DNA of 63,498 nt, filler included, from 9 parts of 9 records of this genome joined end to end with filler, not necessarily neighbours in it, one strand, 5' to 3'; shown: positions 9,953-20,761, counted from the whole stretch's first letter. Notes: generated by a model not told the origin, from the sequence alone. Made by a program: numbers and translations.

Positions 9953-11534
9953 CGATTGCCGGAAAACGCTTGCGCTTTGCGAAAAAACTGCAGGAACTCG
10001 AGGTCGGGGATGTTCTCTGGGAGAAAAGCGACCTGCGGAAATTTTCCCGGGACCAGAGTATCTATGAGATCGCACCCCTGACAGTTGTTTTTCCTTCCAG
10101 CCTGGAAGGTCTGCAGAAAGTCATTTCTTTCGCGGCGGCGGAAGAGATTTCCATCACGCCGAGGGGTGGCGCTTCCGGTACCGCCGGGGGTGCGCTTGGC
10201 GAGGGGATCGTCGTGGTCCTGCCGCGAAGCGGATTTTTCGGGACGATCACCGATCTCAGCGAACAAGGTGGTAGTGCCCGGGCTCGGGCCGGAGCAGGAG
10301 TCTGTCACGGCGATTTTCAGAAAGTTCTCAAGGAGCGGGGCTACTTCCTGCCCGCGGATGTCTCCAGCGCTGAAATCAGTCAGATCGGCGGCAACATCGC
10401 CACCAAGGCCAGCGGCCCCCATGCGCTGAGACACGGTTCCATCGACCGATTTCTGGAGGAGGTGGAGTTTTTCACCGACCGGGGCGAACTGGTCAACACC
10501 GCGGACGCAGCCACCATTCCTGCTCGTTTCAAAGAGCCTTTGGCGGATTTGGCACGCCGCATCAGGAACGATGACGCAGCTTGGAATTTTCTGAAAAGAG
10601 AGAAAAGATGAAAATTGCGAGCGGCTACAACCTTTTCGCTTTCATCCGGGAACTTTCTCTGGGGAAGCTGGTGGAACAGCTTATGGCCGGGAGCAACGGA
10701 ACACTCGGATTCCTGACCGGGGCGACGCTGCGGGGCGAGGTCTTTGACCCTCAACGGGCCACCATGCTGATATTCTTCCCTGATTTGCAGGAAGCGGGGC
10801 GGGCTGTTTGTGCCCTCAAGGACAGCGGCGTAGCGGCCATAGAAATCATGAACCGGGAGACGGTTCGCATCCTGATCGCGAAAACCGCTGCAGGAAATGA
10901 GTTTGTGCGGGACGCTCATGCCCTGCTGGTGGAGTTCGTCGGCCGGGAACGGCTGGAGATGATCGAAAAGGTCAGGGCCATACTCAAGGGAGGCCGCTTT
11001 CGGATGCTGGGGGAGCCGGTCGTCGGCCTGAATGACGAGGAAATCGAAAAGCTCTGGAGCATGCGCAAGCAGGTATTGTGGCTGATCCGGAATCCGGCGC
11101 CTCATCTCAGGGCGTTGTCTGTGGTCAATGACGTGGGTGTCCCTCCATCGCACCTGGTAGATTTCCTTGCGGGGGTGGAGGCAATCTTCAAAAAACATAA
11201 CCTTGAAACCATGATTTACGGTCACGCGGGGAGCGGTAACCTCCACCTGCGCCCGCTTTTCGATGTCAAGCGGCCCGGCCTCAAGGGGAGAATTCGGCGT
11301 CTGGCCGATGATGTCTACGAGGAAGTTTTCCGTCACGGTGGGACGGTCTCCGCGGAGCACGGCATCGGCAGGCTGCGGGCAACCTATCTCAGTCGGGAGT
11401 GGGGAGAAAGTCTGTATCATTATATGCAGGAGGTGAAGTCCATTTTTGATCCCTCGGGACTATTCAATCCCGGTGTCATGTTCAGTGACCAGGCTATCAC
11501 GGATCACATGCGGACCGATCTTTCAGACCATTGA
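9949..11534 (+). CDS. FAD-linked 2-hydroxyacid oxidoreductase (VAO/PCMH family; D-2-hydroxyglutarate/D-lactate dehydrogenase-like), frameshift near 10600
   Basis: PRGGASGTAGGALG, IGGNIAT, GSNGTLG, GHAGSGNLH, SAEHGIG, FDPSGLFNPG; ATGA-coupled to lat; no C-terminal Fe-S module. Confidence 0.85.
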
Positions 11535-11563
11535 AGCGAAAGTAAATTCAGGGAGAAACGGTC

Positions 11564-12916
11564 ATGGAAAATGAAAAAGGTTTTTACTGGGAGCGCCATG
11601 CCGAAGTCGAGACAATGTTTCTCAACCTGATCGGCCGTCTTAGCGAAAAAAATACCTGCCTGGGAAACTTTGAAAATAGACTTATCCAGGAGACCAGTTC
11701 GAGGCTGCTTGATTGGGTGGATCACCTCATCGTGAGGGATTCGAAAGAAATCAGGGGAAAACTTGCGAATCTTGGATTCCAACAGCAGGAGGATACAGAG
11801 GCCGAGGCGTTTTCCCATCCGGGAGTTCTGCTGCCGACCATTGTTCTGGCCGATGCTTTTGCGGGGCATGATCCGGGTGTTGCCCTGCGGGTAGAGAGTA
11901 TCGATGCTTTTCTCCAGGCCAATGGTCTGAAGGGCGATATCGAGGGGAGAACCTTCAGCCCGTTTCGGCGGGCTCTGGTTGCCACGGAAAACGAGGTCGC
12001 CTTGTGGGTTGTCGAGCGGCGGGGGACGCTGGGCTACGATCCTATTTTTCCGGAAGATGAATATTTTCAGGACTATATGCAGGGCGTTGCAAGTTGGAGG
12101 ACCCTACCACGGGAGGAAGAGGATGAGGACCGGATTTTCGCGGATATGAGCCGGGTTGCCGGGGATCTTGTGGCCAAATTCGGAGTGGGGCTGGCCGCCC
12201 ACATCGTCTGTCTGTGCGAACGGGAGTACTGGTTGTCCCGCAACCTTGCCGGACGGGTTCAGAAAAAACGCCAGGACGCCTTGGGCGTCGGGTGGGGGAA
12301 TCATGACCACCACACCTTCAGGAGTTCCCGTCGCCATTTTTCAAAACTCATCAACCTCTTTCTGCAACTCGGTTTTCATAAACGGGAGCGTTTTTACGCG
12401 GGCAAGGATGCCGGCTGGGGTGCCCAGGTCATGGAGCATGCCACGGCAGGGCTGGCGCTTTTTCTGGACGTTGACCTGGCGCCCGAGGAGATGGACATTG
12501 ATTTCTCTGTGCAGGAATTGGAGGAGCGCGGGGACCTCGGGACGGTGGGCCTGTGGTGTGCTCTTCATGGTGATTCCATCCTCAAAGCCGGGATGCATCA
12601 TCTGGCGGCACGCTTCGACTTTGAGCGCCTCATTGAGGACGTCGCGAAACATGATGTCCGTTTCATGGCTCCCTTCAGCAACTTCCCCTACCTCAAGCAA
12701 GCTTTCAGTGCTGCGGAAATGTGGAAGGTGGCCCCGGCCAGGGTCCAGAAACTTCTTGATGAAAAGCGCATCAGCGACGAGCAGGCTGGGAAATTTCTGG
12801 ACAGGGGATCGGTCGGCAGTCACCTGGAAAACATCGAGCGGAGAGAAGGCTACAAGGGCTTCAATAAAAAAAACGTTAGCGTTATCATCCGGGAGACCGA
12901 CCCGAGAAAAGCTTGA
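11564..12916 (+). CDS. divergent VOC-fold metalloenzyme, putative HglS/DUF1338-like 2-oxoadipate dioxygenase-decarboxylase
   Basis: Motifs in order HDHHTFRS, GMHHLAA, LKQAFS, GSHLENIERR..GF...NV..II.ET; last gene of the lysine operon. Confidence 0.55.
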   Translation: MENEKGFYWERHAEVETMFLNLIGRLSEKNTCLGNFENRLIQETSSRLLDWVDHLIVRDSKEIRGKLANLGFQQQEDTEAEAFSHPGVLLPTIVLADAFAGHDPGVALRVESIDAFLQANGLKGDIEGRTFSPFRRALVATENEVALWVVERRGTLGYDPIFPEDEYFQDYMQGVASWRTLPREEEDEDRIFADMSRVAGDLVAKFGVGLAAHIVCLCEREYWLSRNLAGRVQKKRQDALGVGWGNHDHHTFRSSRRHFSKLINLFLQLGFHKRERFYAGKDAGWGAQVMEHATAGLALFLDVDLAPEEMDIDFSVQELEERGDLGTVGLWCALHGDSILKAGMHHLAARFDFERLIEDVAKHDVRFMAPFSNFPYLKQAFSAAEMWKVAPARVQKLLDEKRISDEQAGKFLDRGSVGSHLENIERREGYKGFNKKNVSVIIRETDPRKA

Positions 12917-12931
12917 CAGGGGCGGGTCATT

Positions 12932-14236
12932 TTATCCGTTCTGTTCCAGTGTGAAATATCTGTGAATGATATCGTCCAGCTCTTTCTGCAGGGATTCCAT
13001 CTCGCCTCCCCCGTAATCGGCATAAATCTTTGGCGCCAGTTCGACAAAAGTCTGCGTTAGCAGGGGATCAAAGTGGCTTCCGCTCCCCAGTCGGATAATG
13101 GACAGGGTGTTTTCAAGGGTGAAAGGTTCCTTGTAGGGCCGACGGGCCGTAAGCGCGTCAAAAACGTCGACCAAGGCAAAGATTCTCGCTGAAATCGGAA
13201 TGTCTTCCCCCTTCAATCCTTTCAAATAGCCGTTCCCGTCGAATTTCTCATGGTGGCAGCCGACCACTTCCGCAGCATCATCCAGCCAGTTGCAGCGGTT
13301 GACGATGTCGAGGCCGTATTCGACATGGCGCTTCATTTCAGCGAACTCCACCTCATCCAGGCGCCCCGGTTTTAGCAGAATCCGGTCGTGAATGCCTATC
13401 TTCCCCACGTCATGAAGAAATGACCCCTTGATAAGCCCCTGGATAACCTCCCGGTCGAGTCCCAGTTTTTCCGCCAGATGAACCGCATAGAGGGTGACCC
13501 TGAAATTATGGATGTCCGTGTCGCTGTCCCGTTTGGCGATAGCGCTGCCGAGAACCTGAATTGTCTCCATGTTGGCCTGCAAAAGGTCATGGGCCAGGGT
13601 GTTGACCCGGCCGAGGAGGGATGTCAGAAGCGGGTAGAGCAGCGCCGTAGTAGCCAGGATGATGGCCACCGCCAGCAGGATGTTGCGGGCCAGTTTGAAG
13701 CGAAAGTCGCTTATGACTTCCGGTGCCACCGCAAAAGCGCCGATAACCTCCAGAACTGTATTTCCGTCGCTGTCGAGAAGTGGCTGGGTAACAATAACGT
13801 GGGGCATTCCCTCAACCCGGAAAATGTATGTTTTCTGGTTGTGGCGTCCTTTTTCCTCCTTCAGCCGGGTTCTGACAGCTTCCAGCAAGGGGTATGTCGT
13901 CTCAGCGACCTCCGCTACGGGTCGGGAAAAGCTATCGGAGAGGGTGGCCAGTACGAATCTGCCCTGTTGGTGCTTCAACGGGTGTCGGGTGAAGTCATCC
14001 AGCTTTTTTTGCAGCAGATCGGTGTCGAGAGCCTTCCCCTGGTCCAGAAGAGTTACGATTCGGGCATTGAAGCGGGCCACGGAACGCATGGCAATCTCAT
14101 TGACCATCCCGGCAAAGTTGTTCCTGCCAGTGATGTAGGTCATTATTCCCACCAGGGTGGCCATCACCACGGCCACCAGACCCAAGCGCCAGATGAGGGA
14201 TTTGAGCAGAGATTTTTTCGAGATCAACTGCTGCAT
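12932..14236 (-). CDS. membrane-anchored HD-GYP phosphodiesterase
   Basis: Two TM segments flanking a periplasmic domain; HDVGKIG, HHEKFDGNGY, DVFDALTARRPYK. Confidence 0.88.
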   Translation of the reverse strand: MQQLISKKSLLKSLIWRLGLVAVVMATLVGIMTYITGRNNFAGMVNEIAMRSVARFNARIVTLLDQGKALDTDLLQKKLDDFTRHPLKHQQGRFVLATLSDSFSRPVAEVAETTYPLLEAVRTRLKEEKGRHNQKTYIFRVEGMPHVIVTQPLLDSDGNTVLEVIGAFAVAPEVISDFRFKLARNILLAVAIILATTALLYPLLTSLLGRVNTLAHDLLQANMETIQVLGSAIAKRDSDTDIHNFRVTLYAVHLAEKLGLDREVIQGLIKGSFLHDVGKIGIHDRILLKPGRLDEVEFAEMKRHVEYGLDIVNRCNWLDDAAEVVGCHHEKFDGNGYLKGLKGEDIPISARIFALVDVFDALTARRPYKEPFTLENTLSIIRLGSGSHFDPLLTQTFVELAPKIYADYGGGEMESLQKELDDIIHRYFTLEQNG

Positions 14237-14357
14237 TGATTAGCCGTCCTCTCTTATTATTTTGTGACCAATTTTAACAGCTATTTGAATAATTTTGGGT
14301 TTAATGGGCTTTCTTTTTGGAAAATAAAAAGGCCGGATGGAAAGTAATCAACCCGGC

Positions 14358-14391
14358 AAAAAAAGAGGAGGACCGTGCATCACGATCCTCC
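14358..14391 (-). terminator. intrinsic terminator downstream of amtB
   Basis: Minus strand GGAGGATCGTG-ATG-CACGGTCCTCC followed by TCTTTTTTT. Confidence 0.7.
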
Positions 14392-14438
14392 GAGGTAAAG
14401 TTGAAAAAAATTTTTATTGAAGAAAGTAACTAAATTTA

Positions 14439-15569
14439 CTACTGAATCAGGCCATAGCCGTGCTCCCCATGGAGGGATTGATCAAGACCTTCAAGTTCCA
14501 TCTCTCCATCAATTCGGAAGCCCATGGTTTTTTCGATCAGGAAATAGATGATGGCAGTACCGACCGCGGCGATAGCAATGGTTGCCGCCATTCCCATCAG
14601 CTGAACGACAAACTGATCCATGGCGCCCCACCCGGCGCTGTTTTCCGCCGCGCTTTGCATCCAGCTGTCGCGGATGAAAAAGCTCAGGAGCAATACGCCG
14701 AGACCGCTGCCGACGCCGTGGATGCCGAAACAGTCGAGACTGTCGTCATAACCGAGCTTCAGTTTGGCCTGCAGGGCGTAGAAGCAAAGGATGGAGGAGA
14801 GGGCACCGAGGATCATGGCTCCGGAAGGTTGGACGACCCCTGCCGCAGGTGTAATCACGACCAGTCCTGCCAGAATTCCGGATACGAAGCCGAGCGAAGT
14901 CGCTTTTCTGAACTTAACCGCTTCGATGATCATCCACATCAGGCGCCGCTGGCGGCGGAAACTTGAGTCATGGTCAGGGCGCGGGCGGTGTCCAGGCCGC
15001 TCTGGACCGTGGAACCGGCGTTGAAACCGAACCATCCGACCCACAACAGGCCCGCTCCCATCAGGGTCATGACGAGGTTATTTGGGTTCATGGCGGTTTT
15101 CGGATAACCGCGGCGGGCGCCCAGCAGAAGGGCTAACACCAAGGCGCTGATGCCGGCGGAAACGTGAATCACCAGGCCCCCGGCGAGATCAATCACACCC
15201 GCGGCACCGGCATTGAAGAGCCAGCCATCGGCAGCCCATACCCAGTGGCAGAGGGGGCAGTAGATGAACAGAAACCAGAGGGCTATAAAAGCGATATAAC
15301 CTCTGAAATAGACCCGTTCAGCCAGGGCGCCGCTGATCAGGGCCGGGGTGATGATGGCGAATTTTCCCTGGAACATGGCGAGAACATATTCCGGAACACC
15401 GTTGACAATACTATCATCAATGCCTTTGAGGAACAGGTAGTCTCCGTTCCAGCCGACGAAGCCGCCCAGAATGCTGTCTCCGAATGTCAGGGCATAGCCA
15501 CAAACCGCCCACAAAACGCCTATAACCGCCATGGCCACAAAACTGTGCATCATGGTGCCGAGGACATTC
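14439..15569 (-). CDS. amtB: ammonium transporter, 5' truncated, frameshift near 14955
   Basis: FQGKFAIITPALISGA, DLAGGLVIH, LLWVGWFGFNAGS, LAGLVVITPAAG, DDSLDCFGIHG. Confidence 0.95.
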
Positions 15570-15669
15570 NNNNNNNNNNNNNNNNNNNNNNNNNNNNNNN
15601 NNNNNNNNNNNNNTTAATTAATTAANNNNNNNNNNNNNNNNNNNNNNNNNNNNNNNNNNNNNNNNNNNN
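15570..15669. other. artificial contig spacer
   Basis: N44-TTAATTAATTAA-N44. Confidence 0.99.
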
Positions 15670-15881
15670 CCTGGAGAAAAATACAGCATTAAAACATTAA
15701 GACTTTCAACTATTATAAAAGCAAGTATTGCAATCTGTAAAATATTCATATGTGTAGTTTTCCAGTTTCTTAAATATATATTTTTTTACATTTTATCATA
15801 GTGTAAAGTCTGCTACAAAAGAAAATGGAATAATTTATAAATTGTACATACTTTGAATGACAACACCTTTACAAAATTTGA

Positions 15882-15910
15882 TTGACATCACCAAAATGTT
15901 GTGATATCAT
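15882..15910 (+). promoter_or_regulatory. sigma70/sigmaA promoter of rex-hydCBA
   Basis: TTGACA (15882-15887), 17-bp spacer, TATCAT (15905-15910) with extended -10 TG. Confidence 0.75.
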
Positions 15911-15914
15911 TTTA

Positions 15915-15932
15915 TCGATAAAGAATTATCAA
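15915..15932. promoter_or_regulatory. Rex operator
   Basis: TCGATAA-AGAA-TTATCAA, 18-bp near-palindrome matching Rex box TTGWKAA-N4-TTMWCAA, overlapping the predicted +1. Confidence 0.7.
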
Positions 15933-15950
15933 TTAAAAAGAGGTGATTAT

Positions 15951-16574
15951 GTGACTACTATTAAAATACCTGAGCCAACGTTAAGGCGGCTTCCCATGTA
16001 CTATCGGTTTTTAAAAAAGCAAAAAGCCGAAGGCAGGGAATTTATTTCATGCACTCATATTGCTGAGGATTTGGATTTAATTCCGGTACAGGTTAGGAAG
16101 GATTTGCAGAACGCAGGAGCAGTGGGCAAACCTAAGGTAGGATATGAAGTAGATACGTTAATATCTATTATAGAAGGTACATTAGGATATAATAATCTAA
16201 ATGAAGCGTTTTTGGTGGGAATGGGTAATTTAGGTCAGGCGCTGACTGCTCATAAGGAATTTGAAAAATGCGGCATGGAAATAATTGCAGCTTTTGATAC
16301 TTCTCCATTAAAAATAGGCAGACATTACTTTGGAAAAAGGGTATTTCCATTAAATAAATTTAAAAATCTTGTTCAAAGAATGAATATTAAAATAGGAATT
16401 ATAACAACACCGACGAAGAATGCACAAGAAATTGCAGACCTTATGGTTGATGCAGGAATAAAGGGAATTTGGAACTTTGCTCCTGTCCATTTAAATGTGC
16501 CGGATGATGTATATGTACAGAATGAAAATTTGGCATCTTCATTATCAGTGCTTTTAAACAAAATGAGTCAATGA
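15951..16574 (+). CDS. rex: redox-sensing repressor Rex
   Basis: IPEPTLRRLPMY, QVRKDL, G.PKVGY, VGMGNLGQAL, GIWNFAP; GTG start after RBS AGAGGTG. Confidence 0.95.
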   Translation: MTTIKIPEPTLRRLPMYYRFLKKQKAEGREFISCTHIAEDLDLIPVQVRKDLQNAGAVGKPKVGYEVDTLISIIEGTLGYNNLNEAFLVGMGNLGQALTAHKEFEKCGMEIIAAFDTSPLKIGRHYFGKRVFPLNKFKNLVQRMNIKIGIITTPTKNAQEIADLMVDAGIKGIWNFAPVHLNVPDDVYVQNENLASSLSVLLNKMSQ

Positions 16575-16600
16575 TTAAAATTTTTATAAGGATGGTCTAT

Positions 16601-17083
16601 ATGGAAAAGATAAGAAAGTTTGAGCGTGTTTGTGAAATAATTAACAAATTTAGCTATGATCCTGCTAAACTAATACCGATTTTGTCCGCTGTTCAGGATG
16701 AGTACAGATATTTACCTGAGGAGGTAATGACATTTGTTGCAACTAGTTTAAAGGTATCTCCTGCAAAGGTATTTGGCGTCGCTTCATTTTATTCTCATTT
16801 TACTTTAAAGCCCAAAGGGAAGTATGTGGTTAAAGTCTGTGACGGCACAGCTTGTCATGTTAAAAAGTCAATGGATGTGTTTGATGCAATAAAAGAGCAT
16901 CTTAACTTAACAGCTGAAAACATGACTACAAATGACATGATGTTTACAGTTGAAACAGTTTCATGTTTAGGTACTTGCGGGTTAGCACCAGCGATTATGG
17001 TCAACGATAAAATTTACGGGCTGCTTGACCGTGAAAAGGTGGTAAAAGTACTTAAAGATATCAAAGCTGGGGAGGAACAATAA
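16601..17083 (+). CDS. hydC: [FeFe]-hydrogenase gamma subunit (NuoE-like, 2Fe-2S)
   Basis: GVASFYSHF, CDGTACHVK, CLGTCGLAP. Confidence 0.9.
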   Translation: MEKIRKFERVCEIINKFSYDPAKLIPILSAVQDEYRYLPEEVMTFVATSLKVSPAKVFGVASFYSHFTLKPKGKYVVKVCDGTACHVKKSMDVFDAIKEHLNLTAENMTTNDMMFTVETVSCLGTCGLAPAIMVNDKIYGLLDREKVVKVLKDIKAGEEQ

Positions 17084-17084
17084 G

Positions 17085-18974
17085 ATGCGTAATTATATTC
17101 CTATTGAGGAAGCTAAAAAAACATATAAAAAGAATGCTGAAGGTATAGTCAAAAGGGTGATTATCTGTGCAGGCACCGGATGTGTTGCAAACGGCTCACT
17201 TGCGATTAAAGATAAATTTGCTGAGATATTAAACGGCTTAGGACTCAATGCTATAGTAGAACTGAAAAAAGAAGAGGAAGGTATACATGTATCGGGCAGC
17301 GGCTGTCAGGGGTTTTGCCAAATGGGACCATTGGTTACTATTCTTCCTGCAAAAATAATGTACTGCAAAGTTAAGCTTGACGATGTTGAGGAGATAGTTA
17401 ATGAAAGTATAGTAAATGATGGATTAGTAGAAAGACTTGTTTATGAATTGCCTTCAACCGGAGAAAAATATCCTAAACAGGACGATATTCCGTTCTATGC
17501 TAAGCAGCAAAGATTTATATTAAAGCAATGCGGAATGATTGACCCTGAGGATATAAACGAGTTTATAGCACAGGGCGGATATGAGGCTGCTAAAAAAACG
17601 TGCACGGTTTTAGGTCAGGAAGAGATTTGTAAAATCATCCAAGATTCAGGCTTAAAGGGGCGCGGAGGCGGCGGATTTCCAACAGGATTAAAATGGGAGT
17701 TTACCCGCAGAAATCAGTCGGATAAAAAATACGTAATCTGCAACGGAGACGAAGGCGATCCGGGTGCGTTTATGGACAGATCTGTAATGGAGGGAAATCC
17801 GCACAGCGTTATAGAAGGCATGATAGTCTGCGCTATGGTAATCGGTGCTGATGAAGGATATGTATACGTTCGTGCAGAGTATCCTTTGGCTGTTAAAAGG
17901 GTTAAAAACGCTGTTAATGCAGCTGAAAAAGCAGGCATTTTAGGCGATAATATATTTAAAAGCGGTAAAACCTTTAAAATAACTGTTATGGAAGGCGCAG
18001 GTGCATTTGTGTGCGGTGAAGAAACGGCACTGATGTCATCAATCGAAGGCAATCGTGGCATGCCCATGCCAAAGCCGCCATTTCCGGCTGAAAAAGGATT
18101 ATTCGGCAAGCCAACTGTAATAAATAATGTAGAAACATTGGCAAGCATAGGACCTATTATGCAGATGGGAGCTGAAAAATTCAGAGCAATAGGCATGGAA
18201 ACAGCATCAGGTACAAAGACCTTTGCCTTGACTGGACATGTAGTTAACACAGGATTAATAGAAGTGCCCTTCGGGACAACGCTCCGTCATATTATTGCAA
18301 ACATTGCAGGAGGCGTAGTGGATGCGGATGGCAATATCGTAGGAACTGATTTTAAATCAGTGCAAATCGGCGGACCTTCAGGAGGCTGCTTAACTCAGGA
18401 GCATTTAGATCTGCCGTTAGATTATGATTCGCTGAAATCTGTCGGAGCCATGGTTGGCTCCGGCGGACTGGTTGTAATGAACAAAAGCACATGCATGGTT
18501 GAAATCGCAAGATACTTTATGGAGTTTACACAAAGTGAATCCTGTGGTAAATGTGTAGTATGCCGTGAGGGAACAAAGCAAATGCTTAATTTATTAACTG
18601 ATATTACGGAAGGCAGAGGAACTGTTGATACAATTAACTTACTTGAAGAACTGGCGTATGTTGTTCAAAAGGGTTCACTGTGCGCACTTGGCAAAACTGC
18701 TCCGAATCCTGTAATTTCAACATTAAGATATTTCCGTGATGAGTATATGGAACACGTAGTTGACAACAAGTGCAGGGCAGGGGAGTGTATTGCGTTGAAA
18801 AACTACAGGATTGTGGAAGGTAAATGTATCGGCTGTGGACTATGTGTACGGAAATGTCCCGTTAATGCAATTGAAGGCGAAAAGAAACAGGTTCACAAAA
18901 TTGATACTGAAAAATGTATAAAATGCGGCGCATGTATTTGGTCTTGTAAGTTTAAGGCTATTGTAGTAGCGTAA
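17085..18974 (+). CDS. hydB: [FeFe]-hydrogenase beta subunit (NuoF-like, FMN/NADH)
   Basis: GRGGGGFPTG, NGDEGDPGAFMDR, GGPSGG, ESCGKCVVCREG, N-terminal 2Fe-2S and C-terminal 2x4Fe-4S motifs. Confidence 0.92.
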   Translation: MRNYIPIEEAKKTYKKNAEGIVKRVIICAGTGCVANGSLAIKDKFAEILNGLGLNAIVELKKEEEGIHVSGSGCQGFCQMGPLVTILPAKIMYCKVKLDDVEEIVNESIVNDGLVERLVYELPSTGEKYPKQDDIPFYAKQQRFILKQCGMIDPEDINEFIAQGGYEAAKKTCTVLGQEEICKIIQDSGLKGRGGGGFPTGLKWEFTRRNQSDKKYVICNGDEGDPGAFMDRSVMEGNPHSVIEGMIVCAMVIGADEGYVYVRAEYPLAVKRVKNAVNAAEKAGILGDNIFKSGKTFKITVMEGAGAFVCGEETALMSSIEGNRGMPMPKPPFPAEKGLFGKPTVINNVETLASIGPIMQMGAEKFRAIGMETASGTKTFALTGHVVNTGLIEVPFGTTLRHIIANIAGGVVDADGNIVGTDFKSVQIGGPSGGCLTQEHLDLPLDYDSLKSVGAMVGSGGLVVMNKSTCMVEIARYFMEFTQSESCGKCVVCREGTKQMLNLLTDITEGRGTVDTINLLEELAYVVQKGSLCALGKTAPNPVISTLRYFRDEYMEHVVDNKCRAGECIALKNYRIVEGKCIGCGLCVRKCPVNAIEGEKKQVHKIDTEKCIKCGACIWSCKFKAIVVA

Positions 18975-18984
18975 GGAGAAAAAG

Positions 18985-20761
18985 ATGAAAAATAGAAATA
19001 CATTGACTATAGATAATATTGAAATTCCAATTGACGGAGAACGCAATCTCCTTGAGGTAATCAGAAAGGCAAAAATCGACCTCCCTACATTCTGCTATCA
19101 TTCTGAAATGAGTATCTACGGTGCATGCAGGCTGTGTATGGTGGATATTGATGGCAAAGGTTTGCAGCCGTCTTGTTCCACAATGCCTCAGCCCGGTATG
19201 ATGGTTAAAACAAATACAGCAGAAATTTTAAACATGCGAAAAATGATTGTTGAACTATTGTTGGCAAGTCACGTAGGCGACTGTCCCACATGTTCAAAAG
19301 GCGCAGATTGTCAATTGCAGTCTTTGGCACAAAGAATGGGTGTTTCAACAGTTCGTTTTAATAAGAAGAAAGAAGTAAAACCAATCGATACTTCATCACT
19401 TTCAATATTACGTGACCCAAATAAGTGCGTATTATGCGGTGACTGCGTAAGAATGTGCAATGAAATTCAGGAAGTCGGTGCAATACACTTTGCATTTCGC
19501 GGCTCTGAAACACAGGTTGCACCAAGTTTTAATAAAAACTTAGGGGAAGTTGAATGCGTCAACTGCGGACAGTGTGCCAGAGTATGCCCTGTTGGCGCAC
19601 TTGTTCCAAAGAGCAATAAGGATTTAGTATGGAAGGCATTGCAGACAGAAGGCAAGCATGTAGTTGTGCAGGTTGCTCCTGCTGTCCGTGTTGCAATCGG
19701 TGAAGAGTTCGGGTTTGATCCGGGCACAATAAGCACGGGCAAAATGGTAGCTGCACTTAAGCGTATGGGATTTAAAGCGGTGTATGACACGTCATTCACT
19801 GCTGACTTAACCGTTATTGAAGAAGCTAATGAGTTTATCGACAGATACATAAAGGGAGAAAAAATCCCTCAGTTTACATCATGCTGCCCCGGTTGGATAA
19901 AATATGCAGAGCAATATTATTCTGATTATTTGCCTAATATTTCGTCATGCCGTTCGCCGCAGCAAATGTTTGGTTCGCTGTGTAAAAAGCAATTGGTTGA
20001 GCAGGATAAAATTCCGGCTGATGATATAGTAATGGTATCAATTATGCCCTGTACTGCCAAAAAGTACGAGGCCGCAAGAAGTGAGTTTGCAGGCAAATAC
20101 GGCAGAGATGTGGATATTGTAATTACAACACAGGAGCTTGCATTAATGATAAAGGAAATGGGGCTGAATTTCAGTCAGCTGGAACAGGCATCCTTTGATA
20201 TGCCTTATGGCTTTAAAACAGGCGGAGGCATAATATTCGGCAACTCAGGCGGTGTAACAGAGGCGGTTATACGCTATGCAGGTGAAGCATTAAGCGGCAA
20301 AAAGACAGATGAATACGAGGTTAAGTCGGTTCGCGGTGATGAAGGTATACGTGAAACGAGTGTAATTATAGGAGATATTACATTAAACTTTGCTATTGTA
20401 AACGGACTTGGAAATGCTAAAAAAGTAATGGATGATATTAAAGCAGGCGTAGTTGATTATGATTTTGTTGAAGTGATGGCTTGTCCGGGCGGATGCATAA
20501 ACGGCGGCGGACAGCCTGTATCACTGGGTAAAGACGTTAGGAAAAAACGTACAACTGGACTTTATGACAATGATAAAATGCTCCAATTACATAAGTCGCA
20601 GGATAACCCGTTTATCTCAGAAGTGTATGAAAAGCTTCTTAAAGCTCCTAATTCACACGTAGCTCACGAGCTGCTGCATACAACATATCAAAACAGACGC
20701 AGAATAGACGCTGGTGATGTAACCTTAGGTGAAAATCACGGTGAAGATGCGCTGAAAGTTT
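18985..20761 (+). CDS. hydA: [FeFe]-hydrogenase catalytic subunit (group A), 3' truncated
   Basis: H-cluster motifs TSCCPGW, MPCTAKKYE, EVMACPGGCINGGGQP; N-terminal Fe-S clusters. Confidence 0.95.

Noticed and set aside
9263-14239. Long antisense or alternative-frame ORFs (9263-10075, 10380-11420, 12156-12965, 13478-14239)
   Set aside because: Shadows of well-supported genes in GC-rich DNA, with no recognisable motifs.
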